DNA of 64,000 nucleotides from Pseudomonadota bacterium (GTDB lineage Bacteria; Pseudomonadota; Gammaproteobacteria; Burkholderiales; Burkholderiaceae_C): NCBI GenBank assembly GCA_021848345.1, contig JAJZUV010000011.1, positions 8,080 to 72,079 of the forward strand, read 5' to 3'. Shown piece by piece: positions 55,177 to 64,000 of this stretch (position 1 is its first letter; each line of letters starts with the position of its first letter). The notes under the pieces were generated by a model. It saw only the letters and a program-made list of their open reading frames with translations, ran no database searches and was not told where the DNA came from. The position numbers and the translations under genes were made by a program.

Positions 55177-55826
55177 AGGCGCGCCAGCAGGCGCAGGCAC
55201 TGCAGGCGGCGGGCGCCACCGTGACCATTACCGCGCTGCCCACCGACGTGCAGCCGCCCGGCGCCCCGGGCGTGTACCTGACCCGCCTGAGCATGCGCTG
55301 CGCAAGCGGCCCCTTCGACTCCAGCAACATCAACCTGCCCTTGCAGGAATCCGTCACCTGGAACGCGAACGATTGCGGGGACGTCCGCCTGAGCATGCAC
55401 ATCGGCGACATCGTGCTGCAGCGGGTCTACCCCGGCCCCCTGGGCTTCGCCGACTTCCTGGCCGACTTCCGCAGCGGCTCGCACACCTTCACGCCGCAGG
55501 ACTTCCCCGCACAGGCCGCGAGCCTGCGGAGCCTGGGGGTCCGGGGAATCGTGCTGCACTATCGCTTCGGGGGAGCCGACGCCGTGCTGCGCACGGCCGA
55601 GGCGCTGCGTGCGGCGAACAGCCGCGCCGACCAGGCCGAGCAGACCCTGAAGGCCCTCGGCGAGCGCCAGCAGCTCCTGTTGCGCCAGGCGGCGTCGGCC
55701 CCGGCGCCGGCTTCGGCGCCCGCGTCGGCCGCCTGGCCTGCCGACGGGGCGGGAGCATCGCTGGGTCTGCCTTCCCGCATCACCGAGTGCCCGGACGACC
55801 CGGGAACGCCGCCGAAGCCAACATAG
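55176..55826 (+). pseudogene. 3' fragment (about 216 codons) resembling the C-terminal domain of TssM/IcmF
   Basis: Open frame with host-like codons from the junction: SNINLP..VTWN...CGDVRL, YPGPLGFADFLADFRSG..TF...DFP; recalled pattern of TssM C-termini, no own RBS/ATG at the junction. Confidence 0.6.
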
Positions 55827-55853
55827 AATGACGCTTCTCCCTGCGAACCCGCC

Positions 55854-56426
55854 ATGAACCTGAACCACGGTCCGAGTCCTCTGCGTCGAGCCTGCGTGTT
55901 GCTGGCGCTGCTGCTGGGCTGGGCCTGCGCGGTGGCACACGCCGACGATCTGGACCAGGTCCGCCAATGGCAGGCCGCCGGGCAACTCGATCGCGCGCTG
56001 AACGGCGTGGACGCCCTCATCCGCCAGCGCCCCAACGACCCCCAGTACCGGCTCACGCAGGCGCTGATCCTGCAGCAGCAGCATCACGACGGGCAGGCCA
56101 TCGACGTGCTCGAACAGCTGGTACTGCGCTTTCCGGAGCTTCCCGAGCCGCACAACAACCTGGCCGTGCTGTACGCCGCGCGCGGCGACACGGCGCGCGC
56201 GCTCGATCAATTGCAGATGGCCTTGCGCACCAATCCCGACTACGCCACCGCGCGCGCGAACCTGGGCGACCTGTACCTGCAGCTGGCCGAGCAGGCCTAT
56301 CGCAGGGCCGCAGACAGCGCGGGCGACGCCGCGGCACGAAGCCACGCGCTCGCCCGCCTGCGGGCTCTGCGCGGCCTCGAGCCCTCACCCGGGCCGGCCG
56401 CGTCGGCCGACACCCGCGAGCGCTGA
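55854..56426 (+). CDS. Exported tetratricopeptide-repeat protein
   Basis: Signal peptide; [31 protein letters not shown]. Confidence 0.88.
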   Translation: MNLNHGPSPLRRACVLLALLLGWACAVAHADDLDQVRQWQAAGQLDRALNGVDALIRQRPNDPQYRLTQALILQQQHHDGQAIDVLEQLVLRFPELPEPHNNLAVLYAARGDTARALDQLQMALRTNPDYATARANLGDLYLQLAEQAYRRAADSAGDAAARSHALARLRALRGLEPSPGPAASADTRER

Positions 56427-56515
56427 TGCTGCGCGCGACCTCGCCACGCCAACGTCTCGAACCCCGATCCGCCGGCGCCCCTGCGCCGGCGCGCAACCGC
56501 AACTGGAGCCCCCCG

Positions 56516-57142
56516 ATGAGTCCGTCCCGCCACGCGTCGCCCCGCGCGAGTTCCGCTCGCCGACTGTTCCTGGGCCTGGGCTGCGCCGCCGCCCTGCTCT
56601 GCGCCGCGCCCGCGGCCAGCGCGGCGCCCGCGAACGCCGCCGCCAAGGCGCCGCGCGTGCAACTGGTGACCAGCCTGGGCACGATCGTCGTGCAACTCGA
56701 CCCGCAGCGCGCGCCGGTCACCGTGGCGAACTTCCTGCGCTATGTGGACAAGGGCTTCTATGCCGGCACGGTGTTCCATCGGGTGATTCCCGGCTTCATG
56801 GTCCAGGGCGGCGGGTTCACCGAGCAGCTCCAGCAAAAGCCCACCGACGCGCCGATCACGCTGGAAAGCCGCAACGGCTTGCGCAATCTGCGGGGGACCA
56901 TCGCCATGGCTCGCACCAGCGATCCGAATTCCGCCACGTCGCAGTTCTTCATCAATCTGGTGGACAATTCGAACCTGAACTACCCGCAACCCGACGGCTA
57001 CGGCTATGCGGTGTTCGGGCAGGTCGTCTCCGGCATGAACGTGGTGGACCGCATCGCCGCGGTTCCCACGCATGACGTGGGGCCGATGCAGAACGTGCCC
57101 GTGAAACCCGTGGTGATCGAATCCGCGAAGCTCCTTCCCTGA
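56516..57142 (+). CDS. Exported cyclophilin-type peptidyl-prolyl isomerase (PpiA-like)
   Basis: [39 protein letters not shown]; N-terminal RRLFL + hydrophobic signal. Confidence 0.92.
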   Translation: MSPSRHASPRASSARRLFLGLGCAAALLCAAPAASAAPANAAAKAPRVQLVTSLGTIVVQLDPQRAPVTVANFLRYVDKGFYAGTVFHRVIPGFMVQGGGFTEQLQQKPTDAPITLESRNGLRNLRGTIAMARTSDPNSATSQFFINLVDNSNLNYPQPDGYGYAVFGQVVSGMNVVDRIAAVPTHDVGPMQNVPVKPVVIESAKLLP

Positions 57143-57207
57143 GCCCGGGCCCGGACTCCCATCCAGGCCGCGCCGTCATTTCCCCTTTTTCCTCGAGGCA
57201 AGCACCC

Positions 57208-57699
57208 ATGGTCGAACTGCACACCAACAAAGGCGTGATCCGCCTGCAACTCGACGCCGAAAAGGCGCCGAAGTCCACCGAGAACTTCCTGGCCTACGTG
57301 CGCAGCGGCCATTTCGACGGCACGATCTTCCACCGTGTGATCGACGGCTTCATGATCCAGGGCGGCGGCTTCGAGCCCGGCATGAAGCAAAAGCCCACGC
57401 AGGCGCCGATCCCCAACGAGGCCGACAACGGGCTGAAGAACAAGCGCTACACCATCGCGATGGCCCGCACCAACGACCCGCACTCGGCCACCGCGCAGTT
57501 CTTCATCAACGTGTCCGACAACGCCTTCCTCGACCACACCTCGCCGAGCCCGCAAGGCTGGGGCTACGCGGTGTTCGGCGAAGTGGTCGAAGGCCAGGAC
57601 GTGGTCGATGCGATCAAGGGCGTGAAGACCGGCAGCAAGGGCTTCCACCAGGACGTTCCGGTGGAAGACGTGGTGATCGAAAAAGCCGTTGAAGTCTGA
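57208..57699 (+). CDS. ppiB: Cytoplasmic cyclophilin-type peptidyl-prolyl isomerase
   Basis: [40 protein letters not shown]. Confidence 0.93.
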   Translation: MVELHTNKGVIRLQLDAEKAPKSTENFLAYVRSGHFDGTIFHRVIDGFMIQGGGFEPGMKQKPTQAPIPNEADNGLKNKRYTIAMARTNDPHSATAQFFINVSDNAFLDHTSPSPQGWGYAVFGEVVEGQDVVDAIKGVKTGSKGFHQDVPVEDVVIEKAVEV

Positions 57700-57703
57700 C
57701 GCG

Positions 57704-58522
57704 ATGGACAGCGCGCAGTGCGGGCAGCCGCCCTGCTCCGAACTGCGCGCGCCGGCCCACTGGCATGCGCTGGCGCTGGTGTCGGACCTGCACCTGGGTC
57801 CGCAGGCGCCGCGCACCACCGCGGCCTTTCTCGACTGGCTGCGGGGTCTTTCGGGACGCGCCGACGCGTTGCTGATCCTGGGCGATCTGTTCGAGGCCTG
57901 GGTGGGCGACGACCTGCTGGCGCAGGCGCCGTCCGATGAACACCACGCGGTCTGCGAAGCGCTGGCCGCGATCGCCGCCGGCGGTTGCGCCATCGGGGTG
58001 CAGCGCGGCAATCGGGACTTCCTGCTGGGCCCTGATTTCGCGCGTCGCTGCGGTGCAAGCCTGCTGGCGGACCCCTGCGTGCTCGAAATCGGCGCCCAGC
58101 GCATCGTGCTCAGCCACGGCGATGCGCTTTGCATCGACGACCACGCCTACATGCGCTGGCGCGAGACCTGCCGGGATCCGCGCTGGCAGGCCGGCTTCCT
58201 GGCCCAGCCACTGGCGCTGCGCCAGCAACAGGCGCTGGCCGCGCGCGAACAAAGCCGCCAGAGCCAGGCCGCGATGGACCAGCTCGGCGACGCCGACCCC
58301 GGCGAGGCCGGCAGGTGGCTGCTGCGCGAGGACGCGTGCTGGATGATCCACGGACACACCCACCGCCCGCGCGAACATTGGCAAGGCGCGCAGCTGCGCC
58401 AGGTGCTCAGCGACTGGGACCTGGACCACGCCGCGCGGCCTCGCGCGCAGGTCCTGTGGCTGCGTCCGCGCGCGCGCTGGATCGGCGTGGAGCGGCAGGA
58501 CCTGGCCGCGCGGGCTACTTGA
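57704..58522 (+). CDS. lpxH: UDP-2,3-diacylglucosamine diphosphatase
   Basis: [41 protein letters not shown]. Confidence 0.93.
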   Translation: MDSAQCGQPPCSELRAPAHWHALALVSDLHLGPQAPRTTAAFLDWLRGLSGRADALLILGDLFEAWVGDDLLAQAPSDEHHAVCEALAAIAAGGCAIGVQRGNRDFLLGPDFARRCGASLLADPCVLEIGAQRIVLSHGDALCIDDHAYMRWRETCRDPRWQAGFLAQPLALRQQQALAAREQSRQSQAAMDQLGDADPGEAGRWLLREDACWMIHGHTHRPREHWQGAQLRQVLSDWDLDHAARPRAQVLWLRPRARWIGVERQDLAARAT

Positions 58523-59282
58523 CCAGCTTCTCGAAGCTGTCCTTGTCGAAATCCTCGGTGCGCATCGCGTCCTCGGGCCCGACCTGGGCCGGGCAGACTC
58601 CGCGCTTTTCCAGCTCGCGCCACAGCAACGCCACCTGGTGTTCCAGGCGCGCCGCGTGGTCCACCAGGCCCAGCACCGCCTTGCTCAGCGGATCGTCGCC
58701 GTTCTGGGTCACCGCATAGGCCGAGAAGCCCATGCGGGACGCGGCGGCTTCGCGCTGCTGCTCGCCCTGCTTGTCGATGATCCGAGCCGGGTTGCCCACC
58801 GCGGTGGCGCCCGCCGGCACGGCCTTCACGACCACCGCGTTGGAGCCGATGCGCGCGCCGCGCCCCACCGTGAAGCCACCCAGCACCTTGGCCCCCGCGC
58901 CCACCACCACACCTTCTTCCAGCGTGGGGTGCCGCTTGGCGCCCTTGTACAGCGTGGTTCCCCCCAGCGTGACTCCCTGGTAGATGGTGCAGTCGTCCCC
59001 GACCTGCGCGGTCTCCCCGATGACCACGCCAAGTCCGTGGTCAATGAACACGCGGCGCCCGATCCGGGCCCCCGGATGGATTTCGATGCCGGTGAGAAAG
59101 CGGCTCCAATGGGAGATCCAGCGCCCGAGCCAGTGGTGGCCCCCCAGCCACAGGCGATGCGCCAGACGATGCATCCACAGCGCGTGCAGGCCCGGATAAC
59201 AGGTCAGTACCTCCCAGCGCGAACGCGCAGCGGGATCGCGCTCGAGAATGACCTGGATGTCTTCGCGCAGGCAACTGAACAT
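58515..59282 (-). CDS. cysE: Serine O-acetyltransferase
   Basis: [41 protein letters not shown]. Confidence 0.96.
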   Translation of the reverse strand: MFSCLREDIQVILERDPAARSRWEVLTCYPGLHALWMHRLAHRLWLGGHHWLGRWISHWSRFLTGIEIHPGARIGRRVFIDHGLGVVIGETAQVGDDCTIYQGVTLGGTTLYKGAKRHPTLEEGVVVGAGAKVLGGFTVGRGARIGSNAVVVKAVPAGATAVGNPARIIDKQGEQQREAAASRMGFSAYAVTQNGDDPLSKAVLGLVDHAARLEHQVALLWRELEKRGVCPAQVGPEDAMRTEDFDKDSFEKLVK

Positions 59283-59380
59283 GGGAAACGGCGGATATGT
59301 CGCAAGGGCGTCGGGCAATTCCCGACCGGCCAACCAGTGTATTGGACCCCGCCGCAGCGCGCTCGGCGGCGCGGTACCGC

Positions 59381-60133
59381 TCAGTCCTCGTCCGCGCCGG
59401 GCATGCGCGCCTGCTTCAGCGCCGCGTGGCAGATGCCTCGCAGGATCTGCACTTCCTGGCGGGTGAGCGCCGCACGCGACGCCAGGCGGCTCAGGCGCGG
59501 CAGCAGGCGCCGGGGCGCCTGCGGGTCGAGATAGCCCAGGGCCAGCAGGGTCTGCTGCACATGTTCGAGCAGGCCCTCCACCTCCGCGTGGGTGGCGGGC
59601 GCCTCGGGGGCCGGCCCCGGCGCGGCGTGCCCGAAGGCACCGACCGCCTTGCGCCATTCCCAGGCGACGATCTGCACGGCCTGCGCGAGGTTCAGGGAAC
59701 CATATTCGGCCGAGGTGGGAAGATTCAGCAGCGCGTCGCAGCGCCACACGGTCTCGTTGTCCAGACCGTAGCGCTCGCTGCCGAACACGAAACCCACGCG
59801 CCGGCCCTGCTCGGCCGCCGTGCGCGCGAGTTCGGGCAGCCACTGCGGGCCCTGCAGCGGCGGGCCGAAATCGCGCACCCGCGCCGAAAGCGCCACCAGC
59901 AAGCCGCAGTCGCCGGCCACCTGATCCAGGCGATCGCCCTGGCGCGCCTGGCGCAGCACGTCGTCGGCACCGCTGGCCATGGCCAGCGCCTCGGGCTGCT
60001 CGCGCACGTCCGCGAAGCGCGGCGCCACCAAGCCAAGGTGCCTGAATCCCATGGTCTTGATGGCCCGGGCCGCCGCGCCCACGTTGCCCGCGCGGCTGGT
60101 GCCCACCAGCACGAACAGGGCCTGCGCCGGCAC
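59381..60133 (-). CDS. trmJ: TrmJ/LasT-family SPOUT RNA methyltransferase
   Basis: [41 protein letters not shown]; start uncertain (GTG 60133 chosen, 60172 or 60202 possible). Confidence 0.88.
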   Translation of the reverse strand: MPAQALFVLVGTSRAGNVGAAARAIKTMGFRHLGLVAPRFADVREQPEALAMASGADDVLRQARQGDRLDQVAGDCGLLVALSARVRDFGPPLQGPQWLPELARTAAEQGRRVGFVFGSERYGLDNETVWRCDALLNLPTSAEYGSLNLAQAVQIVAWEWRKAVGAFGHAAPGPAPEAPATHAEVEGLLEHVQQTLLALGYLDPQAPRRLLPRLSRLASRAALTRQEVQILRGICHAALKQARMPGADED

Positions 60134-60180
60134 ATCGGCCGCGTCGTCCGCCCCTTGGATAAAATCGTTCACGTCATTCC

Positions 60181-60191
60181 GCTCTTTCACC
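60181..60191 (+). promoter_or_regulatory. boxA-like element in the putative suhB leader
   Basis: GCTCTTTCACC vs boxA GCTCTTTAACA (9/11), downstream of a TAAAAT -10 candidate at 60140 and 52 nt before the ATG. Confidence 0.45.
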
Positions 60192-60243
60192 ACAACCCGC
60201 ACATTCTCGTCGAGGCGCGCCCGTCGCGCCCGCGCCGCACACC

Positions 60244-61068
60244 ATGCATCCCATGATCAACGTTGCCGTTCGCGCCGCGCGCGAAGCCGGCAAAATCATC
60301 AACCGCGCCAGCCTCGACCTCGACCTGCTGCGGGTATCCGAGAAATCGGCCAACGACTTCGTCACCGAGGTCGACCGCGCGAGCGAGCAGGCGATCATCG
60401 AGGTCCTGCTCAAGGCCTACCCTCAGCACGGCATCCTCGGCGAGGAGACCGGCAGCACCCACGGACGCGCCGATTCCGAGTATCAGTGGATCATCGACCC
60501 GCTGGACGGGACCACCAACTTCATCCACGGCCTGCCGGTCTACGCGGTGTCGATCGCGCTGGCCCACAACGGCGTGGTGCAGCACGGCGTGGTCTACGAC
60601 CCCTCGCGCGACGAACTGTTCACCGCCAGCCGGGGCGGCGGCGCCTTCCTGGACAACCGCCGCCTGCGGGTGTCGCGTCGCACCCGGATCGAGGACAGCC
60701 TGATCGGGACCGGCTTTCCCTTCCGGCGCGGCGACGACCTGGACACCTACCTCGAGATGTTCAAGAAGGTCTCGCTGCGTTGCGTGGGCCTGCGCCGGCC
60801 CGGTGCCGCGGCACTGGACCTGGCCTACGTCGCGGCCGGACGCTACGACGGGTTTTTCGAGGTCGGGCTCAAGCCCTGGGACGTGGCCGCCGGTTCGCTG
60901 CTGGTCACCGAAGCGGGCGGCATGGTCGGAAATTTCACCGGCGAGGCCGACTTCCTGCACCGTGGCGAGGTCATCGCCGCCAATCCGCGCGTATACGCGC
61001 AGATGGTTTCCCTGCTCAAGGGTTACGCGGGGCGGAACCTGTCCGCGCCCCAGGCCCCGGAGGCCTGA
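60244..61068 (+). CDS. suhB: Inositol monophosphatase / Nus factor
   Basis: [45 protein letters not shown]. Confidence 0.96.
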   Translation: MHPMINVAVRAAREAGKIINRASLDLDLLRVSEKSANDFVTEVDRASEQAIIEVLLKAYPQHGILGEETGSTHGRADSEYQWIIDPLDGTTNFIHGLPVYAVSIALAHNGVVQHGVVYDPSRDELFTASRGGGAFLDNRRLRVSRRTRIEDSLIGTGFPFRRGDDLDTYLEMFKKVSLRCVGLRRPGAAALDLAYVAAGRYDGFFEVGLKPWDVAAGSLLVTEAGGMVGNFTGEADFLHRGEVIAANPRVYAQMVSLLKGYAGRNLSAPQAPEA

Positions 61069-61695
61069 ACCCGCTCCGCCCCCTGCTCGCCATGCGAGGC
61101 CCCGGCGCGGGAGCGTCGGGGCGCATGGATGGCGCCACGACGCGCGTCGCATCGAGCAGCGAGTTACATCTTTTCGTGTCGGGATGTTTCCGATCCGCGT
61201 GCGGCCTTCCATAAGGGAAGAATACCCGCGCGAGTATCATTTCGTTGCATTTTGCTGCAACACATCGTTCCGTCATTCGGAATCATCTAGTACTTTCCTT
61301 CTGCGCCTGATTCACCAAGCAGCAGCTTCTGCTGCGCTCCAGGCTCAGCCTCGGACATCCCCCGGTTTATGCGCGAACACCGGCCGGTCGATCCGTGATC
61401 GGTAACCGCATGGCGGCGTTATTCGATCGTCAGTGGATCGAACAAGCCCGTTAATCACCTCTTGCCAACGGAACCATGCCGACCTAGTATCGGCCCGCAA
61501 ATTCCAGGGAAATATCGTGAATCAACACCGCAGCGGTATTTTCTCCAGGCCAACTTCGCATTCGCGGTCTTGCTTGCCGCGGCTTTTCCACGGCTCGATT
61601 CGAGCGTGAACCATACGGACAGCGACGGAATCCGATTCGAAAACCGATGCCTCCATCACCGAGGCGTCCTCGCAGCCCTCCTTCTCGGGAATCCC

Positions 61696-62466
61696 ATGAC
61701 CACGCTCGCCAAACGCTCCAGGATCGACATCCAGTTCCTCGGACAGGTCCATGTCCACGCCGAGTCCGGCTCGATCATGATCAATGACAAGAAGGCCATC
61801 CTGCTGATGTTCGTGCTCGCGGTGCGCGGTGCGACCAGCCGGCAGCAGATGGCTTCCTTGCTATGGCCGGGGACAGATGGTGAACATTCGCAGGGAAGTC
61901 TGAGGTTGCGTATTCACAAGATCAACCGGCTTTGCCCGGGATTGATCCGGAGTCACCTGAATTCGATTTTCCTCAGCCCTGAAGTCGGTCACGACATCGG
62001 TTTCCTCACCGCCGAGGAGGAAATACCCCTTCCCGTTGCGCTCGAAGCACACAGGAACAATCTGATCGGTTCGCTGGATTTCCCGGAAAATCCGCAACTC
62101 AATGCGGTCCTGAACCACTACAAGAACCAGCTGATAAGCAAATCCACCAGTCTGCTCTACCGGCATGCGCGCGCCGCGGCCACCAGCCGCAGCCTGGATC
62201 AGGCCGTGTACTTCCTGAACCGCATCCTCCTGCTGTCGCCGCACAACGAGACGGCGTGTCGCAACCTGATGCGGGTGCACGTGCTCAACGGCTGCAGGGC
62301 CTCCGCCATCGAGGCCTACGAGGCTTTCCGACACAACATGCGGGAGAACCTGGGCATCGAACCGGACACGAAGACCAAGCGGCTGCACCTGGACATTCTG
62401 TCGGCGCAGGAGGATCCCGAGTACCAGACCCGCATCAGCGAGGCGCTGGACTCGATGATCCTGTGA
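61696..62466 (+). CDS. Stand-alone wHTH + BTAD (AfsR/SARP-like) transcriptional regulator
   Basis: IQFLG, SRQQMASLLWP, SLRLRIHKI, P.NETACRNLMRVHVLNGCRASAIEAYE, LGIEPD; visibly lower GC; start ATG 61696 inferred. Confidence 0.75.
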   Translation: MTTLAKRSRIDIQFLGQVHVHAESGSIMINDKKAILLMFVLAVRGATSRQQMASLLWPGTDGEHSQGSLRLRIHKINRLCPGLIRSHLNSIFLSPEVGHDIGFLTAEEEIPLPVALEAHRNNLIGSLDFPENPQLNAVLNHYKNQLISKSTSLLYRHARAAATSRSLDQAVYFLNRILLLSPHNETACRNLMRVHVLNGCRASAIEAYEAFRHNMRENLGIEPDTKTKRLHLDILSAQEDPEYQTRISEALDSMIL

Positions 62467-62478
62467 GTGACAAGGGGC

Positions 62479-62703
62479 TCAGCGCCCGCGGGCCCAGGGC
62501 CCCAGCAGCAGTCGCTCCCACTGGGCCATGCCGCGCTCGAAGCGGCCCGCGTCGAGGGCCGACGCGGGCATCACGCCCGTTCGTACGGCGCTCGCGTACT
62601 GGGCACGCAGCGTATCGAATGGAATCGCCGCGACACGGCGCGCCCATTGCTCCCAGGCACTCTCCGCGGCCGTGAACCGGCCGCCCATCCCCAACCCGCC
62701 CAT
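62479..62703 (-). CDS. Small hypothetical protein (74 aa), translationally coupled to the upstream ORF
   Basis: TGATG overlap with the 62703-62855 ORF; helical protein-like sequence MGGLGMGG...WEQWARRVAAIPF. Confidence 0.55.
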   Translation of the reverse strand: MGGLGMGGRFTAAESAWEQWARRVAAIPFDTLRAQYASAVRTGVMPASALDAGRFERGMAQWERLLLGPWARGR

Positions 62704-62855
62704 CACCAGGCCGCCTGGCCGGAATGCGCCAGGTGGTGCATGCGACGCTCGAGTTCGTAGATGTCGCGCGACTGCGCGAGGTAGCTCTCGGCCTGCTCGC
62801 GCGTGTCGTCGCCGGTCAACAGCAGGGAATGGATCAGGTTCAGGATCTTGGTCAT
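62703..62855 (-). CDS. 50-aa protein resembling DUF3563 (absent from the ORF track)
   Basis: Manual translation MTKILNLIHSLLLTGDDTREQAESYLAQSRDIYELERRMHHLAHSGQAAW; pattern E.YLA.S.DIY.LE.R; GGGAG RBS. Confidence 0.7.
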   Translation of the reverse strand: MTKILNLIHSLLLTGDDTREQAESYLAQSRDIYELERRMHHLAHSGQAAW

Positions 62856-62882
62856 GGCAGGCTCCCGCTCGTGGCGGTGGAT

Positions 62883-62915
62883 ACTCGGGTTTTCCCGTAT
62901 AGGGTTAACCCGAGT
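62883..62915. promoter_or_regulatory. Nested palindromic operator-like site
   Basis: ACTCGGGTT-N15-AACCCGAGT containing GGGTTTTCCC and GGGTTAACCC, spaced 15 bp apart. Confidence 0.5.
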
Positions 62916-62954
62916 TTAACAGCCCGCCCGGAAGCTTGCACAAGCCTGTTGCGC

Positions 62955-63614
62955 CTACTTGGCCAGTTTCACCACCCGCAGGTAGGGCTTGAGGGTCTTC
63001 CAGCCCTGGGGGAAGCGCTCGCGCGCCGCCTCGTCGCTGACCGAGGTCGGAATGACCACGTCGCCGCCCGGGCGCCAGTTGGCCGGCGTGGCCACGCCGT
63101 GGCGCGCGCTGAGCTGCATGGCGTCGAGCAGGCGCAGGATCTCGTCGAAATCGCGTCCGTTGCTCATCGGGTAGGTCAGCATGGCCTTGACCTTCTTGTC
63201 CGGGCCGATGAAGAACACGCTTCGCACGGTGGCGTTGTCATTGGCGGTGCGCGCCGCGGCATCCCCGCCCTCGCTCTCCGGCAGCATGTCGTACAGCTTG
63301 GACACCGTCAGATCGGTGTCGCCGATGATCGGATAGTTCGGCGCCACGCCCTGGGTCTCGGCGATGTCCTTCGCCCACAGGTGATGCCGATCCACCGGAT
63401 CCACCGACAGCCCGATCAGCTTGCACCCGCGCTTGTCGAATTCCGGTTTCAGCCGCGCCACGGTACCGAGCTCGGTGGTGCAGATCGGCGTGAAGTCCTT
63501 GGGATGGGAGAACAGGATCGCCCACTGGTCGCCGATCCATTCGTGGAAGCGGATCGTGCCCTCGGAGGTCTGGGCGGTGAAATCCGGGGCGGTACTGCCG
63601 ATGCGCAGGCTCAT
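62955..63614 (-). CDS. 1-Cys peroxiredoxin (Prx6)
   Basis: FSHPKDFTPICTTE, TVRSVFFIGPDK, YPMSNGR, TPANW. Confidence 0.93.
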   Translation of the reverse strand: MSLRIGSTAPDFTAQTSEGTIRFHEWIGDQWAILFSHPKDFTPICTTELGTVARLKPEFDKRGCKLIGLSVDPVDRHHLWAKDIAETQGVAPNYPIIGDTDLTVSKLYDMLPESEGGDAAARTANDNATVRSVFFIGPDKKVKAMLTYPMSNGRDFDEILRLLDAMQLSARHGVATPANWRPGGDVVIPTSVSDEAARERFPQGWKTLKPYLRVVKLAK

Positions 63615-63748
63615 GCTGGGACTCCTCGTCGGTTGAACCGGCGCGGCGACCGCCGCGCCAGAGTCCGCAAGCCTACGCCGACCACGCGCTCGGCGCCAAA
63701 CAACCATTGCGCACATGCATATGACCGGGAGTCAGAAGGCCCGCGCAT

Positions 63749-64000
63749 TCAGGAGAACGAGGCTGGCCGCCACTTCAGCAGGCGCTGCTCGAGCAGGCTC
63801 ATCGCGTACTCGGCCAGCAGCGCCACCACCGCCAGCACGATCATCGCGCCGAACACCCCGGCGGCGTTGAAGGCTCCCTGCGCGGTAGAGATGAGCAGGC
63901 CGATGCCCTGGCGCGCGCCCAGGAACTCCCCGACCACCGCGCCGACCAGCGCGAAGCCGAAACTGACGTGCAGACTGGCCAGGATCCAGCTCAGCGCCGA
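63749..64000 (-). CDS. ABC transporter permease, NitT/TauT (SsuC/TauC-like), 3' part only
   Basis: GFALVGAVVGEFLG..QGIG.LI, GVFGAMIVL; runs off the window end. Confidence 0.85.
   Translation of the reverse strand, partial: SALSWILASLHVSFGFALVGAVVGEFLGARQGIGLLISTAQGAFNAAGVFGAMIVLAVVALLAEYAMSLLEQRLLKWRPASFS

Noticed and set aside
55170-55182. Programmed -1 frameshift producing an Hcp-TssM fusion
   Set aside because: No X XXY YYZ slippery site or downstream stimulator is visible, and half an Hcp could not form the hexameric ring; a deletion scar or assembly join is simpler.
61016-61276. 86-aa minus-strand ORF in the low-GC intergenic region (also 61522-61758)
   Set aside because: No RBS or recognisable motif; they overlap suhB or the BTAD gene antisense.

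Overview
A 64-kb, very GC-rich chromosomal segment. Gene order and sequences look like a betaproteobacterium (Burkholderiales-like, possibly a sulfur oxidiser; this is inference). Most of it is housekeeping: trmB, pcm, waaA, a PMM/PGM gene, apaH, rpmB/rpmG, slyD, dut, coaBC, alaS, gabD, argG, ppnP, murB, yajQ, plsY, trpS, ribF-ileS-lspA, aspartate kinase, tilS, accA, cysS, two cyclophilins, lpxH, cysE, trmJ and suhB. Five accessory or odd elements stand out. (1) A sulfur locus at 25.7-30.7 kb. A type I sulfide:quinone oxidoreductase is divergent, across an FNR-like box, from a five-gene run: two YeeE/YedE membrane proteins, a small probably exported peptide with four NPCAP repeats and Lys-rich spacers, an uncharacterised His-rich protein, and an exported tandem rhodanese. 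This is the best candidate for an undescribed system. (2) A type VI secretion remnant between cysS and the TPR-cyclophilin genes. tssB and tssC are intact, but hcp breaks off after 85 codons and joins out of frame to what looks like the 3' end of tssM, i.e. a large deletion scar. (3) An inverted, compositionally atypical waaC-like + GT4 cassette between the PMM/PGM gene and waaA. (4) An approximately 38-aa extra segment with a SPOR-like pattern inside the AlaRS catalytic domain. (5) A lower-GC island with a stand-alone wHTH-BTAD regulator next to two tiny coupled ORFs and a palindromic operator-like site. I saw no rRNA, tRNA, CRISPR array, integrase or transposase. All family assignments come from motif recognition by eye, not database searches. 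Start codons were picked manually.
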